DNA of 64,000 bases, taken from Zootoca vivipara. Lineage: Eukaryota. The stretch spans positions 70,990,001-71,054,000 of the forward strand of contig NC_083276.1 in the NCBI RefSeq assembly GCF_963506605.1, given 5' to 3'. Positions 13,298 through 27,599 of this stretch are shown here, one piece after another. The translations under genes were made by a program, and so were the position numbers. Position 1 is the first letter of the stretch, and each line of letters opens with the position of its first letter. The notes below the pieces were generated by a model that worked only from the letters and a program-made list of their open reading frames with translations, ran no database searches and was not told the DNA's origin.

Positions 13298-14780
13298 GCA
13301 GAATGGGTAACCTTGGGCTATTCACTTTAGCCCTCTTCGGGAATTCTGACACCATGTTCAATAAGCATATGAGGAAGGGCTGTGTTTTAGAATGCTGGAA
13401 AATCAGGGTTGTAAAATGTACAGAGGGTGTCCACAAGCACAGCAGGCCCTCACATACAAGTTTGCCCTCCAACTTGTATAGGGCAATAGGAACAATGATG
13501 TGGAGACAAAGCTAGCATGTGCAGTTGGTCACCACTTCCCGCACATGTTTACTGAACATCAGAGCATCAGAACGTCTGAAGAGGGCTGTCACCCTAATCT
13601 ACTGCACCATGTGGGTGTGGGTGGGTGTGAAACACTGCCTGAGAAAGGATGGCACACAAATACGATAAAAATTGATGCATTTGTGTCACTTTTACAGTGT
13701 GAATCTGAATTGGAGGGACAACATAACACCAATTCTAGCTGTAAATATGATACAGTACAACATACTGTAAGTTAGTATAACGTTAGAACTAAACATTTCA
13801 GCAAGATAGTCTTGAGATTCCTGTTGAAACTATATTTATGCAAATTGATTTTGGGTATAAGCCTACTTTGGAGATAGCTACACAGCTTCCATGCTAATCA
13901 GCCTCAAGGTTAGCAAATGATGCCACCTGCTATTTTTACTTAGTCAAGCCAATTTATTGAAATTAAAGTCAGTTTACCTGCAAGAATACACAACATGAAT
14001 TCATGGTGATTTGCTAAAATCTATGCTAATAGCCTCTAGGAACACTTTCACCTGGAGCTGCATGACAAAATAACGTGCCTCTTTACAGTTCTCTTCTATG
14101 TACATTTAGTGCTGCTCTTGACAGTGTCCATATACATTACAGACTTTCTATTGAATACCTTGATAACAGGATAGTACATATTTGAGGTTAGATTCTGTAA
14201 GTACTGTATAGCCCAATTTAGGTACCCCCCCCCAAAAAAAATCTACATTGGATGAAACAGAAGTGAGTCCATGCAAAAGAGAAATCAGACCCTAGTGGCA
14301 TGTCAACTCGTTTTGCAACTGCAGTGTTGTGAATGCAGACCAAGCATGTTTCTGCAGATAAATCTTGTCCCCTGGGTGGAATGGGTGGAACCAGGACTAT
14401 GACATGGACTGAGACACTAAATGACTTCTCCTTTTATCAGGGCAGTGTCCATAATAAGCTTGATGTATTTTGCCATGCCAGTATATCATATAGTGTTTAA
14501 TGTCAAGGCTTGGCTCACATAATTTTTAGTATGATTTAGAAGTGGAATTTACTGCAACAAAGCACTGCACCCTCACCTCCTAGCAGAAGTGCTTGTGTTC
14601 AGGGTTTCAGCCCGGCAACCATGCCCTGCTGAAGAGTTCTATGAGCAATCAAGAGCTCAAACATTACTTGACTACTAAGAGCATACTTAATCCTCGCTGG
14701 GGATTTTTTGTTCCCACTTAGTGAAAAAATAAAGTTGTATCTCTGCAAACTGTAATTTGGATTTGCCTGAGCATGTTGAT

Positions 14781-14957
14781 GCCTCTGTTGGAGGCAGTGT
14801 TTCTCTGCATACCAACTGCTGGAAATCACAAGCTGTTGCACTCAGGTCCTGCCTGCAGAATTTCCATAAGCATCTAGTTGGTCACTGTGAGAACAGAATC
14901 CTGGACTAGATTCACTGGCCTTAAGCCTGATCAGTAGGGCTCTTCTTTTGCTCTTAT
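14781..14957 (+). mobile_element. CR1-type 3' end fragment
   Basis: cactgtgagaacag..ctggactaga..gcctgatcag..ctcttctt, similar to 39000-39105. Confidence 0.65.
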
Positions 14958-17900
14958 TTCAATTGCAGCCTCCAGTGTCCTCCCCCAGGATGTTTGTGAT
15001 CAGATGGAACACAGAGTAGCCAAAAATAGTGGAAACTCACCCAGCATTAGCAGAAGCTCATTAGATATCACTGGATTAGTCAGAGAACTTTAAGCAGTCC
15101 CATACATATTGCCTCTGGTTTTAAGCCTAGAAGCAAGACTCCTAAATAGTTGATTTTGACAGGTTAGCCTGATTTACAGGTGATGACTGTAACACTACAT
15201 CCACTTAGATGGGTAGGTCTTTTGAACATTTGCTATTACCTAACTAACTCAATCAACTGCAACGTTTATATTCTTACGTAATCTAAGGCTGGCTGTGCTC
15301 TGGCATCACACATAAATAACTAAGCTGGGTCATTTATCAAATGGAGCTAGCATTTCCTGCATAGTACTACTTCCATATACCACCTCAGTTATTATTTCAT
15401 GGATTGAATGAACCTTGTAAACCTTCCCTGTTGCTTCCAGATACATGAGAGCACTGGGAGATGCATCCCTACATGCCATAGACTGCATATTCTGAGCCTC
15501 AGACACAGCCCAATGGTAGCAATAAATTATGATCTCCCAGTAAAATCATGCTATTTATTAGTCAGTTTAATTTCTGCTCCCAATTATAAAATATGTATGC
15601 AGAGTCTATTATGCATGCAGAGTCGATTGTGCTAAAAGAAGTCAGAAGTAACTTCTATTAAATTCAATGTGATTCATTCCCTAGAAAGTATGTTTGAGAT
15701 TGTAACCTAAGGCTATATAACCTTGCTAATAAGTGTATCTCAATGAACTTATTTCAATGGACTTATTTCTGAGGAGACATGCATAAGATTTCACTGCACA
15801 TGAGCAAGCAACCTGGCCAAGTAGTCTGTAGGCTGGGGCACAGCCTCGTGTGCTCTCTTTGCTTGGAGAGGCTGTGCCTACAGGCGTACATGATTGGCTC
15901 TGCACATCTGATCTATCCAATGGAAAAGAGACATGGAAGAATGAAATAATAGCAATAAATCTGCCAGGTCGCACAGAACATACTGCATGTGGGACAAAAA
16001 AAGTATACAGATCTGAGACTTGCTACACATACATGCATAGAATGTAATACCTCAGAAATATATACTTTTTTGGGAATAAATGCAGTTCCCCCACTAATCT
16101 GAACATGAGTGGCTTCCAAATATAGCCCTTTCCCTCTGTCTCATTTCCTCTCTAAAAGGGATAAAATAACAGGAGAAGCAATTAATCTTTGATCCCAATT
16201 CTTTTTCTCATCCCCTCATGGCCTAATTCATAATCTTAAGATGTCTGATACAGAAACACCAGCAGCCTGATTAAAGAGTTGATAGTGGGGTCATGTAGTG
16301 CCAAAGAAGGGTGGAGGTTTTTATAGAATGCCAAGTATATGCCATGACTGACTGGCTTGGCGTGACACAATCCACTGGGAAATTCTCCTGAACATGTGCC
16401 ATTAATCTGTGAGGCAGTGGCATATGAACCTGGCTTTCATGGTGTGTTGTTCACTAAATAAGTAGCCCTTCTTGGGGTTTTTTTTTGGGGGGGGGGATGC
16501 AAGTCTCCCAAGACAGACTACAACTGTGATGACAGGACAGAAAAATGTTACCTTGCAAATTATATTGCTTTAGCCTGTTGTTTTAATCAGACAAACTTTA
16601 CTAAACTGCTCAGGGAACAGGAGAGGGATTGTTAAGCACAGCTACCAACCAATGAGACCTTGGCACAGCAAGTTGCTGCTACAGACCAGCAGAACCACTT
16701 TTCTCTTATCTTGACCCTGGAAAGCATAGTTAGCAATTTTCCATCACTTTTCTTATCAGACCCTTTTTTTTCAGTTGGCAAAGCGACAGGATAATTGCCC
16801 TGGAAAGTGTGGGATAATGACCAGTTTTTGTGTGAATAAACAGCCCGTCTGGAAGTGCCCTAACTTGTATTGGGACACACATACACACATACTTGGGAAA
16901 TGAATTTGAGGGGAATAGTGGCAGTGTGAGTAGCACAGTGGGTAATAATGGCTGCCGCCGCCACCAAGTGATGGCCAAGAGGATGGGGACTGAGGAGACC
17001 TTGGACCACCCATGTCATCAGGTCCCCAGAGGGAAATTCCCTGCTCCCTCAGCATGTCTTCAGCCAAGTCCCTCTCTGCCTCTGCATCTCTCTTCCAAAA
17101 CGCTTCTGCTTTAAGGTGGAGGGGTGGGACTGTTGCATTCACATATGTACATGGATAAATACCCCATCTGTCAGGAAATTGACATAGCAAGTGTTCTAGT
17201 TGCTGAGACAGCAGCTGACCAGCCTTGGATACCCAGTATGGAAAGGCAGGATATAAAGTTTTATAATAAATAAATATAATAAAGTATACTAGCAATGTGC
17301 CTATATCTCCTCTTAGGAGAAGGTTACAACTGTGTTCTGTTTGGGAATTCTGTCAAAAATCAGAGCTCTCTGTGAATGTATTTGGCTCCAAGTTTGTGTG
17401 CAAAACAGGGACCGTACCCTGCAGTCTTGTGTGTTGCTCAGACATTATTAGGCAAAGACCCAACTAGAAGAAGCACCAGTAGAATGTTAAATTAAACCTA
17501 GCTTTGTTCATAGGCTGGCATATGATATTGCCATAATGTTCTTTTATTCTCTGACAGCACCTTAGAAGAAATGAAGCACTTGAATTATTTGTGAATAGGC
17601 AGCCAAACAAATAATCTAATTGTAATCACTCTTTGCAGTTTGTGTCACCAGCCTTAATTGCCTCATACAAAAAAAGAGAACCTTACAAGCTACTAGAATA
17701 TTAAATCTGATGAGCTAGGGAACATTTTAAGTTTTTGTGAATACATGTATCTTAATCTATTCAGAAAAATATCATTCGGGTACTGTATTTTAAAAAAATA
17801 CTGATTGAGATCAAGCTAAAATTTTGGACAGAAGTGTTCTGTGGAAACTGAAACAGTAAAAAAAGCTGTTAATTATTGAGAATTTTAGCTTTGATTTAAA

Positions 17901-18138
17901 ACAAAGAATGCTGTGAGCTCATTGCTGCGACCCAAATGGTTTGAAAATGTGTAAATTTCTTGCCAAATACCCAGAAATCAATGAGAAACCTTGGGAAAGA
18001 TTTCAGTTAGAAATCTGGGGAGGAGACGGAAAAACTGGAGACTTCCACTGCTATGCAGCCTTCTTGTTGGCTTGACATATATTCATATTAAGCGAGGAAC
18101 TTACAATGAGTGAAACTCAATGAAGGCACAGAAGCTGT

Positions 18139-18476
18139 AAAGGTAAAGGGACCCCTGACCATTAGGTCCAGTTGCGGACAACTCTGGGATTGCGGCGCTC
18201 ATCCCGCTTTACTGGCTGAGGGAGCCGGCGTACAGCTTCCAGGTCATGTGGCCAGCATGACTAAGCCACTTCTGGCAAACCAGAACAGCGCACGGAAACG
18301 CCGTTTAACTTCCCGCTGTACTGGTACCTATTTATCTACTTGTACTTCAATGTGCTTTCGAACTGCTAGGTTGGCAGGAGCAGGGAGCTCACCCCGTCGC
18401 GGGGATTTGAACTGCCAACCTTCTGATCGGCAAGCCCTGGGTTCTGTGGTTTAGACCACAGCGCCACCTGTGTTCC
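18139..18476 (-). mobile_element. Sauria SINE
   Basis: Same family, more diverged. Confidence 0.88.
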
Positions 18477-18549
18477 TGCTGCAGTTACCTCTAAACATAA
18501 ACATAAGCTGTAGTTACCTCTAAATAAACATGCTTAGGATTGCAATGTT

Positions 18550-19017
18550 AATGCGGCAGCTAGACTGGTGACTGGGAGTGGCCACTGAGACCATATAACA
18601 CCGGTCCTGAAAGCACTGCATTGGCTCCCAGTACGTTTCTGAGCACAATTCAAAGTGTTGGTGCTGACCTTTAAAGCCCTAAACGGCCTCGGCCCAGTAT
18701 ACCTGAAGGAGCATCTCCACCCCCGGTGGTCCAGCACCAAGGGCCTTCTAGCGGTTCCCTCACTGCGAGAAGTGAAATTACAGGGAACCAGGCAAAGGGC
18801 CTTCTCGGTAGCGGCGCCCACCCAGCAGATGTCAAGGAAATAAGCAACTATCTTACTTTTAAAAGACATCTGAAAGCAGCCCTGTTTAGGGAAGTTTTAA
18901 ATGTTTAATTCTGTATTGTGTTTTTAACATTTGGTTGGGAGCCGCCCAGAGTGGCTGGGGAAACCCAACCAGATGGGTGGGGTATAAATAATAAATTATT
19001 ATTGTAAATTATTATTA
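18550..19017 (+). mobile_element. L2-clade LINE 3' end (degenerate)
   Basis: NAAARLVTG..HITPVLKALHWLPV..FKVLVLTFKALNGLGP with stops; same family as 12907. Confidence 0.85.
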
Positions 19018-19207
19018 ATGTGGAGAGCTGCCTTTCTATACCCTTTAAGGACTATCTCATAGTCATGGTTAGGTTTATTAAACAATGACAGCTTGATGGA
19101 TTTTCCTCCCTACTGTTTTAGTGTATGCACAAGGGTGAAAGTAAGATTCTAAGCCATGGCAGTCATAGTGAGTATATATAGAGTCGCTCAATTGAGGTTA
19201 TTCTAGA

Positions 19208-19551
19208 TACGGAGCGGGTTGCCAGGGGGCAGTGCTCCAGTGCCTGGATCCGAGGATCCCGATGCTAGAGTGCGGCGCCAGTAACCCGCTCTGTATATCG
19301 CTTTGTGCTTCTTCCTGCTCAGGCGGAGCGGCGAGGGGCGTCAGCAAGCTACGCAGTGGGTTGCTGGCACCGCCTCTCTAGCATCGGGATCCTCGGATCT
19401 GGGCGCTGGAGCACCGCTGCCCAGCAACCCGCTCCGTAGTGTGACGCATGCGTCGTGACGCACGACGCATGTGTGCGACCGACGCCCCGCCCCTGGCGGG
19501 GTGCCTTCGGATTTGCTGCCCTGGGCAGCCAGAAGGCTAGCGATGCCACTG
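19208..19551. mobile_element. CpG-rich truncated DNA-transposon fragment with nested inverted repeats
   Basis: Ends in GCTAGCGATGCCACTG (hAT-like TIR, similar to the 4349 end); left TIR/TSD not found. Confidence 0.55.
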
Positions 19552-20710
19552 GGGGGAGGGGAACAGATGCGAAGAAGAGATTATCAGAAATATGTGGATT
19601 CATGCACAGGTCCTACATATACACTCTTCGGAATAATGTCAGTTTTCAGCACAGTGGTCCAAACTATGTTCAAGATTTCAACACAGCTCCATGAGAATGA
19701 ACAAATTATAGCAATACCTAACCCATTAAATCTCCTTATCTATAGAGTGTATCATGCCATGGCATATGAAATTGATAATACTGTATTGAGGGAAGAGACA
19801 AATATATTTTGCTGCTGTTTTAGAATGAAGGGAAATGGCAGAACACTGCTATCATATTAACTTAAAGCAAAGGGAAGTATTAAAAAGATTCCAAACAGAA
19901 AACACTATTTTTCTGAATCAGTCTAGGAAATCCATGTGAAAATGAAAAAGCATGGCATGGATCACAACTCTCACTTCCATGGGTAGAAGGTTTTCTTCTG
20001 TTTTTGGAAGGGCTTTTGATCCAGCTGGTAGAAGAATGTTGAGGTGAATTTTGCCAGCGATTATGAGATTGAGAGGGTGCTGACTGGCTGTCAAGCCAGG
20101 CATTACAGCTACAGCAATTGCTACTTAATTGAGCCATGCAACGAATGTGTGTTTAACACAGAAACTAGACATTAAAATAAAGATTTAGAACTTAAAAAAA
20201 ACTGGGGTATTTTCAGCCGTTACGTTATGAAAAGTTCTATATTTAGGATGTGTGGCATTACATTGTACAACACTAAGAAGGAAACTGAATGCTTTATACA
20301 ACCTTTTTCCATGTTATAGATAAGAAAAAATATTTTTGCTTGGACATCCAAGTCTATTTTAGTGACAATATCAAGCATACTAATGTAGTTAAGGGCTTCA
20401 GACAGTTTTATTGCCAAGCCTTTATTCACTTAACAAGGCTCTGCAAAAAAAAAATGTCCCTAGTGATAGTTACCAGTAATTATAAATGTGTTTGTGCAAT
20501 ATTTCATTGGTGATATAGTAGCTTAGGGCATCAGGAGCAGGCTTTTTGGTTTGCATGCACAAGTGAAGCATACGCTTGTTCTAATTCGGGGGGTGGGGGT
20601 GGGGCAGACTTCAGGCCAATGTGATCTAATTTGTTTTTCGCTAAAACTTAAAGATCTATCAACTAGAGCCACGGGGGGGAAGATATACACTTACAGTTAA
20701 AGAAAGGGAT

Positions 20711-20901
20711 GGGCAGGAGCTCAGTGGTAGAGCATCTGCTTTGAGTGCAGAAGTGGCTACCTTTGGTCCCTTATCTCCAGGTAAGGCTGGGAATGTCCCT
20801 GGTTTGAAACCCTGGAGAGTCAACTTTCAACCACTGTGCACAATACCAAGCTAAATTGGCCAATGGTCTGAGATGGTAGAAAGCAGCTTCTTATCTTCCT
20901 A
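20711..20901 (+). mobile_element. tRNA-derived SINE (Squam3-like)
   Basis: AGCTCAGTGGTAGAGCATCTGCTTTG head, gaaaccctggagag body, gcagcttcttat tail. Confidence 0.7.
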
Positions 20902-21513
20902 ATTAGAAACCCATGAATTTGTTTCTAATACCAGAACTTAACAGAGGTCACAGTCCCTCTACATAAAACCCCGTTCCTAGATATCACATGCAGCTCGTCC
21001 CTTCATTTCGGTGTTATAACATGAGGTAGCAATTTTGTTGTCGTCACTGTTAAACTACTGGGGGTGTTGGTGTCAGAAATGCTTGCCAATCTACCTCACT
21101 TTACTCAGATATCTACTAGTGCAGCTATCTTCAATATTGGGTTCCCATATGTCATTGCCCATAATTCTTTGAGAATCGGCTAAATTGTATGAGGCTACTA
21201 GGAGTTGGAGTCCAACAAGATCTGAGAACCTAAGAACTGCGGATCCCAATCTACACTTGTTCTAGTCCTCTGAGCAAGACTGTATACTACAGCACCGCAC
21301 TGCAGAGGCAGACAAAGGTCTTAGCCTGAATCTGCCATACCCAGGCCCACTGGCCCGTCAATTCCTGCCCAGCCTACTGTTGCTTATGATAGTTTTGCTT
21401 TAGGGCCTATGCAAAGCCATTATTTATTTGCTTGTTACTTTATTTTTATTTTGTTTATTAAATTTGTCTACCACCCTTCATCTCTGCATCTCAGGGCAGT
21501 AGACAGCATATTA

Positions 21514-21779
21514 CAGGGGTCGGCAAGGTTTGCCTTGCCTGGGCCGGTTCACTCCAGCAGAGATCCCTCTGTGGACTGGATTTCCGGTGTCTGTGTCTGT
21601 GGAGACGCAATTTTCAGCACATGTGCAGACAGGATTTCTGGTGCCGCAGAAGCGAGTCCCCGCGCTGTGCTGCACAGGTTTAGCGCAGCACGTGGTGGCT
21701 TGCTGAGCGGGCGGCTCGGTTGGAGGCGGCTCATGGGCCAGTTAAATGACTCCCATGGGCCTTAGGTTGCCTACCCCTG
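21514..21779. mobile_element. hAT MITE
   Basis: 8-bp TSD gcatatta; TIRs CAGGGGTCGGCAA / TTGCCTACCCCTG. Confidence 0.88.
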
Positions 21780-23235
21780 GCATATTATATTGTTTGTTTA
21801 AAATATTTCTATCGCACTCCCCCCGACAACCAACATCCAAGGTGACTGATACCAAGTGAAAAATAACACATAATAAACATGATACATTTTTAAAAGTAGC
21901 AGGAAGGGAGGTGAACTAAGCTCTTAAGTGAAAGTTTTTACTAGGAGGCTAGGACTGGCCTGATTCCAAGCTGCAGCAGACTGTCTGTGATTAACTGCGC
22001 ATGCTCCAGTTAGTCCTATTTAGAACCTGCCAGAAGAAAGTAGGACAAGAATTCAACTCCCTCCTTTTCTTCTTTTTATTTGCCAAGCACTTCCCTTCAA
22101 ATATTCAGGTTCCTTTTGAGCTTTTCTCCTTTCCATCTCTCCAAACAAATTAAAGTAATATTGTAAGACTAGAAAAAAGTTAGAACTACCCAGAGAGGCT
22201 TAACCATTGGCCATACTGACAGGGACTGATGAGAGTTAGAACCCAAAGGTATCTGGAGGACAACAGAGCCCCCATCCCTGATCTAGGCAGTGGATCTTCC
22301 TAAGTTGTTTTTCATCTGATATGCAGACAGATTGATAAATTAAAACAATATTTTAGCAACTTTGTTGTTTTTTAAATCTGTCCCTTTTGCAATTATGAAA
22401 TCTCTTTACCAGACCCTCTAAGATGGAATCTACACAAATATAAAAACCATTCTGAAAATGCTTTTTAAAAAAACAACAGTACATTTAATTTTCCGTAAGG
22501 CTCACCATCACCATCTAGTGTCACATTGATCCCAAAATATCCCACTTTTCCTTAGGACGTCCCTATATTCATTGGCAAAATGTTGGAGGGTATGGAATTA
22601 TCCAACCCCTGGGCCATCTGAAGGCAATTCTGTATAGGGAAGTTTTTAATGTTTCATATTTTAACTCCAGCTTATACATGGAAAGGCTTGCATTTGCTGC
22701 AGAAAACAATGTTACACTGGATCAATTGACCTGTTTAAAGATTGTCCTAGTTTTCTTTACCAGGGACATTAATGTTTTAAGAGGGTAAATTTGCCAGCAT
22801 CAACACAACACACACTGAATAAATTGCTTTTAATCACTTTGATAATGCTATTGCTCTGGCAGTATAGCAGTGCAGATGCAATTTGCTGAGTCAGTCACAT
22901 GAATAATGATGGGTCTTCCTGATGGATATGGAACTCTAAAAATATGCACAGGGCCAATAAATAAATCTCAGTTGTTCCAAAAATACCTAACTTATCATTA
23001 GGACAGTATTTCTATAAAAGGTCACTTGTTCTAAAAGGAGGAAATGCTGATCCAGGTTGTTCTATTACATTTTGCATAGATTAAGAAAAGCAAACCTTAA
23101 GAACAGAAACAAGTGCCAATAACTGTGGATTAAAAGACCAAACCTTTTTTTTTTATGCAGTTACATTCTTGGCAGAGCAAGGAGAATTCAGAAGGATACC
23201 TACTCAGTGCAGAAAGATATAGCATCCCCAACAGA

Positions 23236-23362
23236 TAGGGCTGCCATACGTCCAGATTTTCCCGGACATTACCGGGATTTCAAAGACGGAATTGACGTCC
23301 AGGTGGAATTTCCGAAAGGCAGTGCCTTATTCTTTTTTTAAAAGTTCAGCATGGCAACCCTA
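23236..23362. mobile_element. Small hAT MITE
   Basis: TIRs TAGGGCTGCCA / TGGCAACCCTA, TSD caacaga(t). Confidence 0.8.
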
Positions 23363-24284
23363 CAACAGATGTCTGTGCAGTCTCTGCATGGAGATTTGCA
23401 GTGAGGGAGAGGCGAGCATTTTTATGGCCCCACCCCCAGGAAACACAGCAGGTGTCTCCTTCTGCAAGTGTGGTTGGGAGCTGCTATTTAGATCTTGTAA
23501 TTTGAGAAGTCCTTGTAGCTTCTCTCCCACCCCCATGGCATTGTTTGTTTGTTTGTTTGTTTGTTTGTTTAAATCAAGTGTGCATAGGATGAGTGGGGCT
23601 TTCCTGACATTTATGAGTTGTGCTCTCAAAACAGTGATTCAGATCCCTGCCTTCAGAGATGCCTGGGAACTGCTGGGGGCACTGGCACTGATGGAGTTGG
23701 AGCTATGTGGCATTATCATGTACATCTGGCAGTGCAGGCAGGCTGTGTGTCCTGATCATCATGAATTCATTTAATGCCTCCATATGTGGGCAATATGTGG
23801 GTGTTGTCACCAGCACAATCCCTGATTAGTGGGCTTACTGTTCTGTGGACACAGCTGATACACAGTTTTCCCCCCTGCCATTTTTGTATTTTCTATGTTG
23901 TATATTTGGTGGCTGTTTCACCAGTGTAGTGACAGCATACCTGAATTCCCACATAAGGTAAGTATTGGATTGTTCAGGCCATATCTGCAAAAATAGTGTT
24001 GGTTCAGTGCTTTCTAATCTTGATCCACTATTAAGTTTGTTTGTGCTGGGCAGATGTTGGTGAAGGTGACAAATATTAATAATATATGAGCCATTTTAGG
24101 CATGATCATTTTCAACTAAAGTTAGCTAAGCATATAATTAACTTTCCTACGGAGTTCAATGGGGTGCAGGATTGCTTGGCTTTGGATGGATTTTGACTAT
24201 AACTTGTGTTTTATATGGTTTGCTACTATTGGCTTAATATCCTCTGTGTTTGTATCCGTATGTTGTTTTTGGTTGTTGCTTTAA

Positions 24285-24337
<53 letters not shown>
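24285..24337. repeat. (AAT)n microsatellite
   Basis: Direct reading. Confidence 0.95.
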
Positions 24338-24429
24338 GGCTTTTTAATTGTGTTGCTCAGTGCCCAGAGAACATTAGTCAGTGGGTAGTATATGAATATT
24401 GTTGATAAATAAATAAATAAATAAATATA

Positions 24430-24662
24430 CAGTGGTACCTTGGAAGTCCAACGGAATCTGTTCCGGAAGTCTGTTTGACTTCCAAAACATTCAGGAACCA
24501 AGGCGCGGCTTCCTATTGGCTGCAGGAAGCTCCTGCAGCCAACTGGAAGCCCTGGAAGCCGTGATGGACGTTCGGGTTCCAAAGAATGTTCACAAACTGG
24601 AACACTCACTTCAGTTTTGTGACATTCGGGAGCCAAAATGTTCAACTGGCAAGGTACGACTA
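24430..24662. mobile_element. Tigger-like MITE
   Basis: TA-CAGTGGTACCTT...AAGGTACGACT; related in reverse orientation to 56626-56855. Confidence 0.8.
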
Positions 24663-24845
24663 CTAGTTTTCAGAATGGTAACTACAACCAGCTAAGAAAG
24701 GATTGCCAGTAGTTGAACAGTTGTGTTTACCAGTCTAAAATAGTTGTTCTCATTCTGATTCCCTACAGCTTTTTCTGTGGGGTAAGAATATCTGGAAAGC
24801 TCTTGAAGGATTCTGAATAGCACCTGGATACAAAGAACAACACCA

Positions 24846-25198
24846 GGGACCCAGGTGGCGCTGTGGTTAAACCACTGAGCCTAGGGCTTGCTGATCAGAA
24901 GGTCAGCGGTTCGAATCCCTGTGACGGGGTGAGCTCCCGTTGCTTGGTCCCAGCTCCTGCCAACCTAGCAGTTCGAAAGCACGTCAAAATGCAAGTAGAT
25001 AAATAGGAACCGCTACAGCGGGAAGGTAAACGGCGTTTCCATGTGCTGCTCTGGTTTGCCAGAAGCGGCTTTGTCATGTTGGCCACATGACCTGGAAGCT
25101 GTACGCCGGCTCCCTCGGCCAATAATGCGAGATGAGCGCGCAACCCCAGAGTCGGTCACGACTGGACCTAATGGTCAGGGGTCCCTTTACCTTTACCT
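24846..25198 (+). mobile_element. Sauria SINE (full length, young)
   Basis: GGGACCCAGGTGGCGCTGTGG...GGGGTCCCTTTACCTTTACC; TSD tacaaagaacaaca. Confidence 0.92.
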
Positions 25199-27124
25199 TA
25201 CAAAGAACAACAGCTTGGACTGCATATGGTTTGACAGGCTTAAGGAGAAACAGCATAGACACTTGGAAAAACTTAACAAGGGATTCAAATGATACATGGC
25301 AGGACAAGAGAGGTTAAGACAATGGTACTGTTCAGCAAGTTGGTTCTCGTCTCAGAAATGTGCGCTGCACTGATGTGAATGGCCATCACTGCCACACTCA
25401 AAATGGAGCCACGCCCACTGGATAGCCTGAATTTTCTTTGTGTTTATGTGAATTGCCAACCTCCTGTTGTCTAGAAGAGCACTGCATTATTATTTTTATT
25501 GAAACTTATGACTTCTTATCCTGTGCTTCATGTGGACAAGGTGACCTTTTCTGACAAATGGCAATAGTTTTTTCTACTTCTGGGAACTGTTATGAGGTTA
25601 TCACATTTTACCAGCCAAGATGCATAACCAGTTTATTACTTTAATTAACTCTAGGGAGGGTGGAAATCTGCTGCTTTAAACAATGCATATTGACAAGTAT
25701 CAAGTGCTTTTGAGCAACAACTGTGCTGTAAAACGCATTGGAAGGTCTCCTTTATTCTCTACAGTAGTCAACTGAAGGAGGGCTACAAACAGCTGAGTTG
25801 ACATGAAAAGCTCACAAATTCCTTATTAAGTGTGCTGTACCCAATGGCCTGTGAAACCTAAATGAGTCTAAGTAGATTATCCCATTACTCAAGATTCAAG
25901 AACAATGGCAGCAGTAATGCAGCAGAAGTGGAGTGGACCAGCACAAGGACAAAATGCACTGCTTCAGGTTTTCTGCCCATGTGTGAGCACAACTGATATT
26001 TCAAGAATTTGGGTGCTGCAATGGAATTCCTGCCAAACCACCGGGGGTTGCTAATAAATGCAGTCATGTCTAGATCATTCCACATAGTTAGATACATGCT
26101 GTACCGCCGTTACTACAGCAGCATTTGAACTCAAAATAACCTTCATCTCAGTATCTGGGTTAAAAACTGGCCTGGACCTATGTAAGTGATCTACACTATT
26201 CTATTCCTTAGCATCTTCTTTAATGACAGCAATAATGCTTGAATGAGTCTTATTTTTGACCTTTGTATACATCCTTATAAAGGATTCCTGGATAGCTTGG
26301 TGGCTGCTGACAGCTCATGAGTAAACCACTTCAAAAAGTTCAGTCTGTAATTTAGAGTCCATATATATATATATATATATTTAAACCAGTTCAGTGGCAT
26401 GGCTTTTGGTTATACACATTGCAGCTTACTCTGGCTCTTGCACACTCCCACCACTGGAGTTTGAAGCCAAGTACATATGACTTTAAGCCACAATCCACAG
26501 GTATTCTGCAGCTTCTTGAGAAATGTTCCTGTTTAACACCCTTTCACCCAAACCAGCTTTCATCTGATTAAAAAGCAGAAGCTGGGGTTAAGGTGAGGCA
26601 TGTACATTTGAGGCAGCTGTTGTGCAAGTGCAGATGACTGCTTCTGTGAATTGAAGTTTGGCATGGGGAAACAAATCGGGTATAATGGGCCTTGGCTGAA
26701 GACATCCCCACTCCATCTCTGGGGTGAACAGCAACATAAAAAAGTGACTTGAAACGCGGTGGGCGGAAACAACCTTGCTGTGTTTCAAGCTGCTAATGTC
26801 TGCATAGTTTACAGGTAAGTTTCTAATACTCTACACTCACATGTCCTATTGCCCTAGGGTGTGCTCAAACTGAAAATGTCCGCCTGGGATATCCATCACC
26901 AAAAGGAGGTGAGGATCCAAGCCAGATGCAATCAGTAAGACTGGGACTCTGAAAGAAACTGCAAAGCACAGCCAGATCATCAGAGAGGATGCTAGTTGTG
27001 GACCATACACAACTTCTGAGGCAGAAGGAACACAGCATCTTGGAGCAACTGGTGTAGTTTTATAGTCTGGTTGTGAAGATGGAAGCACCACCCGCTCAGT
27101 GCTGCATCTAGGTTCTTAATAGAC

Positions 27125-27599
27125 CTGTCTGTTTAAATGCTTTCACTCCACTCCTGGATCATACACAAGTTTCTGTATCTTCACCTTTAAAACCCTCCAT
27201 GGCTTTGCCCTTCCTTAAGAGCTCTGTACTTGTTTTCCAACACATTCCTTCCTGTGACTTTTGCTCATCCTGCTTTACCACCCTCAGCCATTCAAACCTC
27301 TCCTACTTGCTGAAATGATTCCATCCATTTCCCAATGCTGCCTAGAACTGTCTCGCAGAATCACCTCCCTTATTTCCTTTTCAAGAAACTTTTGGATCAC
27401 CCGTAGTCTCTGTGCCTTATTGTAACTAATCCAAAGTATGTATAACTGAAATAATCATATATTCTTGCCCTGCCTAACCGTGTCCTTTCTTATGTTGTTT
27501 CCTAGTGTCTTATTTTATATAGTAAGCCTTTGGAATAAGGACCTGTCATACCTGTTCTTCATAAAGTGCTATGTACATAGATGGTGCTAAATAAATAAT
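27125..27599 (+). mobile_element. Ancient L2 3' fragment
   Basis: Degenerate TFKTLHG motif and aaagtgctatgtacatagatggtgctaaataaata tail. Confidence 0.5.

Noticed and set aside
16771-17295. 174-aa minus-strand ORF with acidic stretch (RDAEAERDLAEDMLREQG)
   Set aside because: No recognisable family, non-ATG start, no clear splice context; probably a repeat remnant
26805-26822. Strong + strand donor motifs (CAG|GTAAGT here, AAG|GTAAGT near 23957) as lncRNA exons
   Set aside because: Expected by chance in 35 kb; cannot be supported without transcript data
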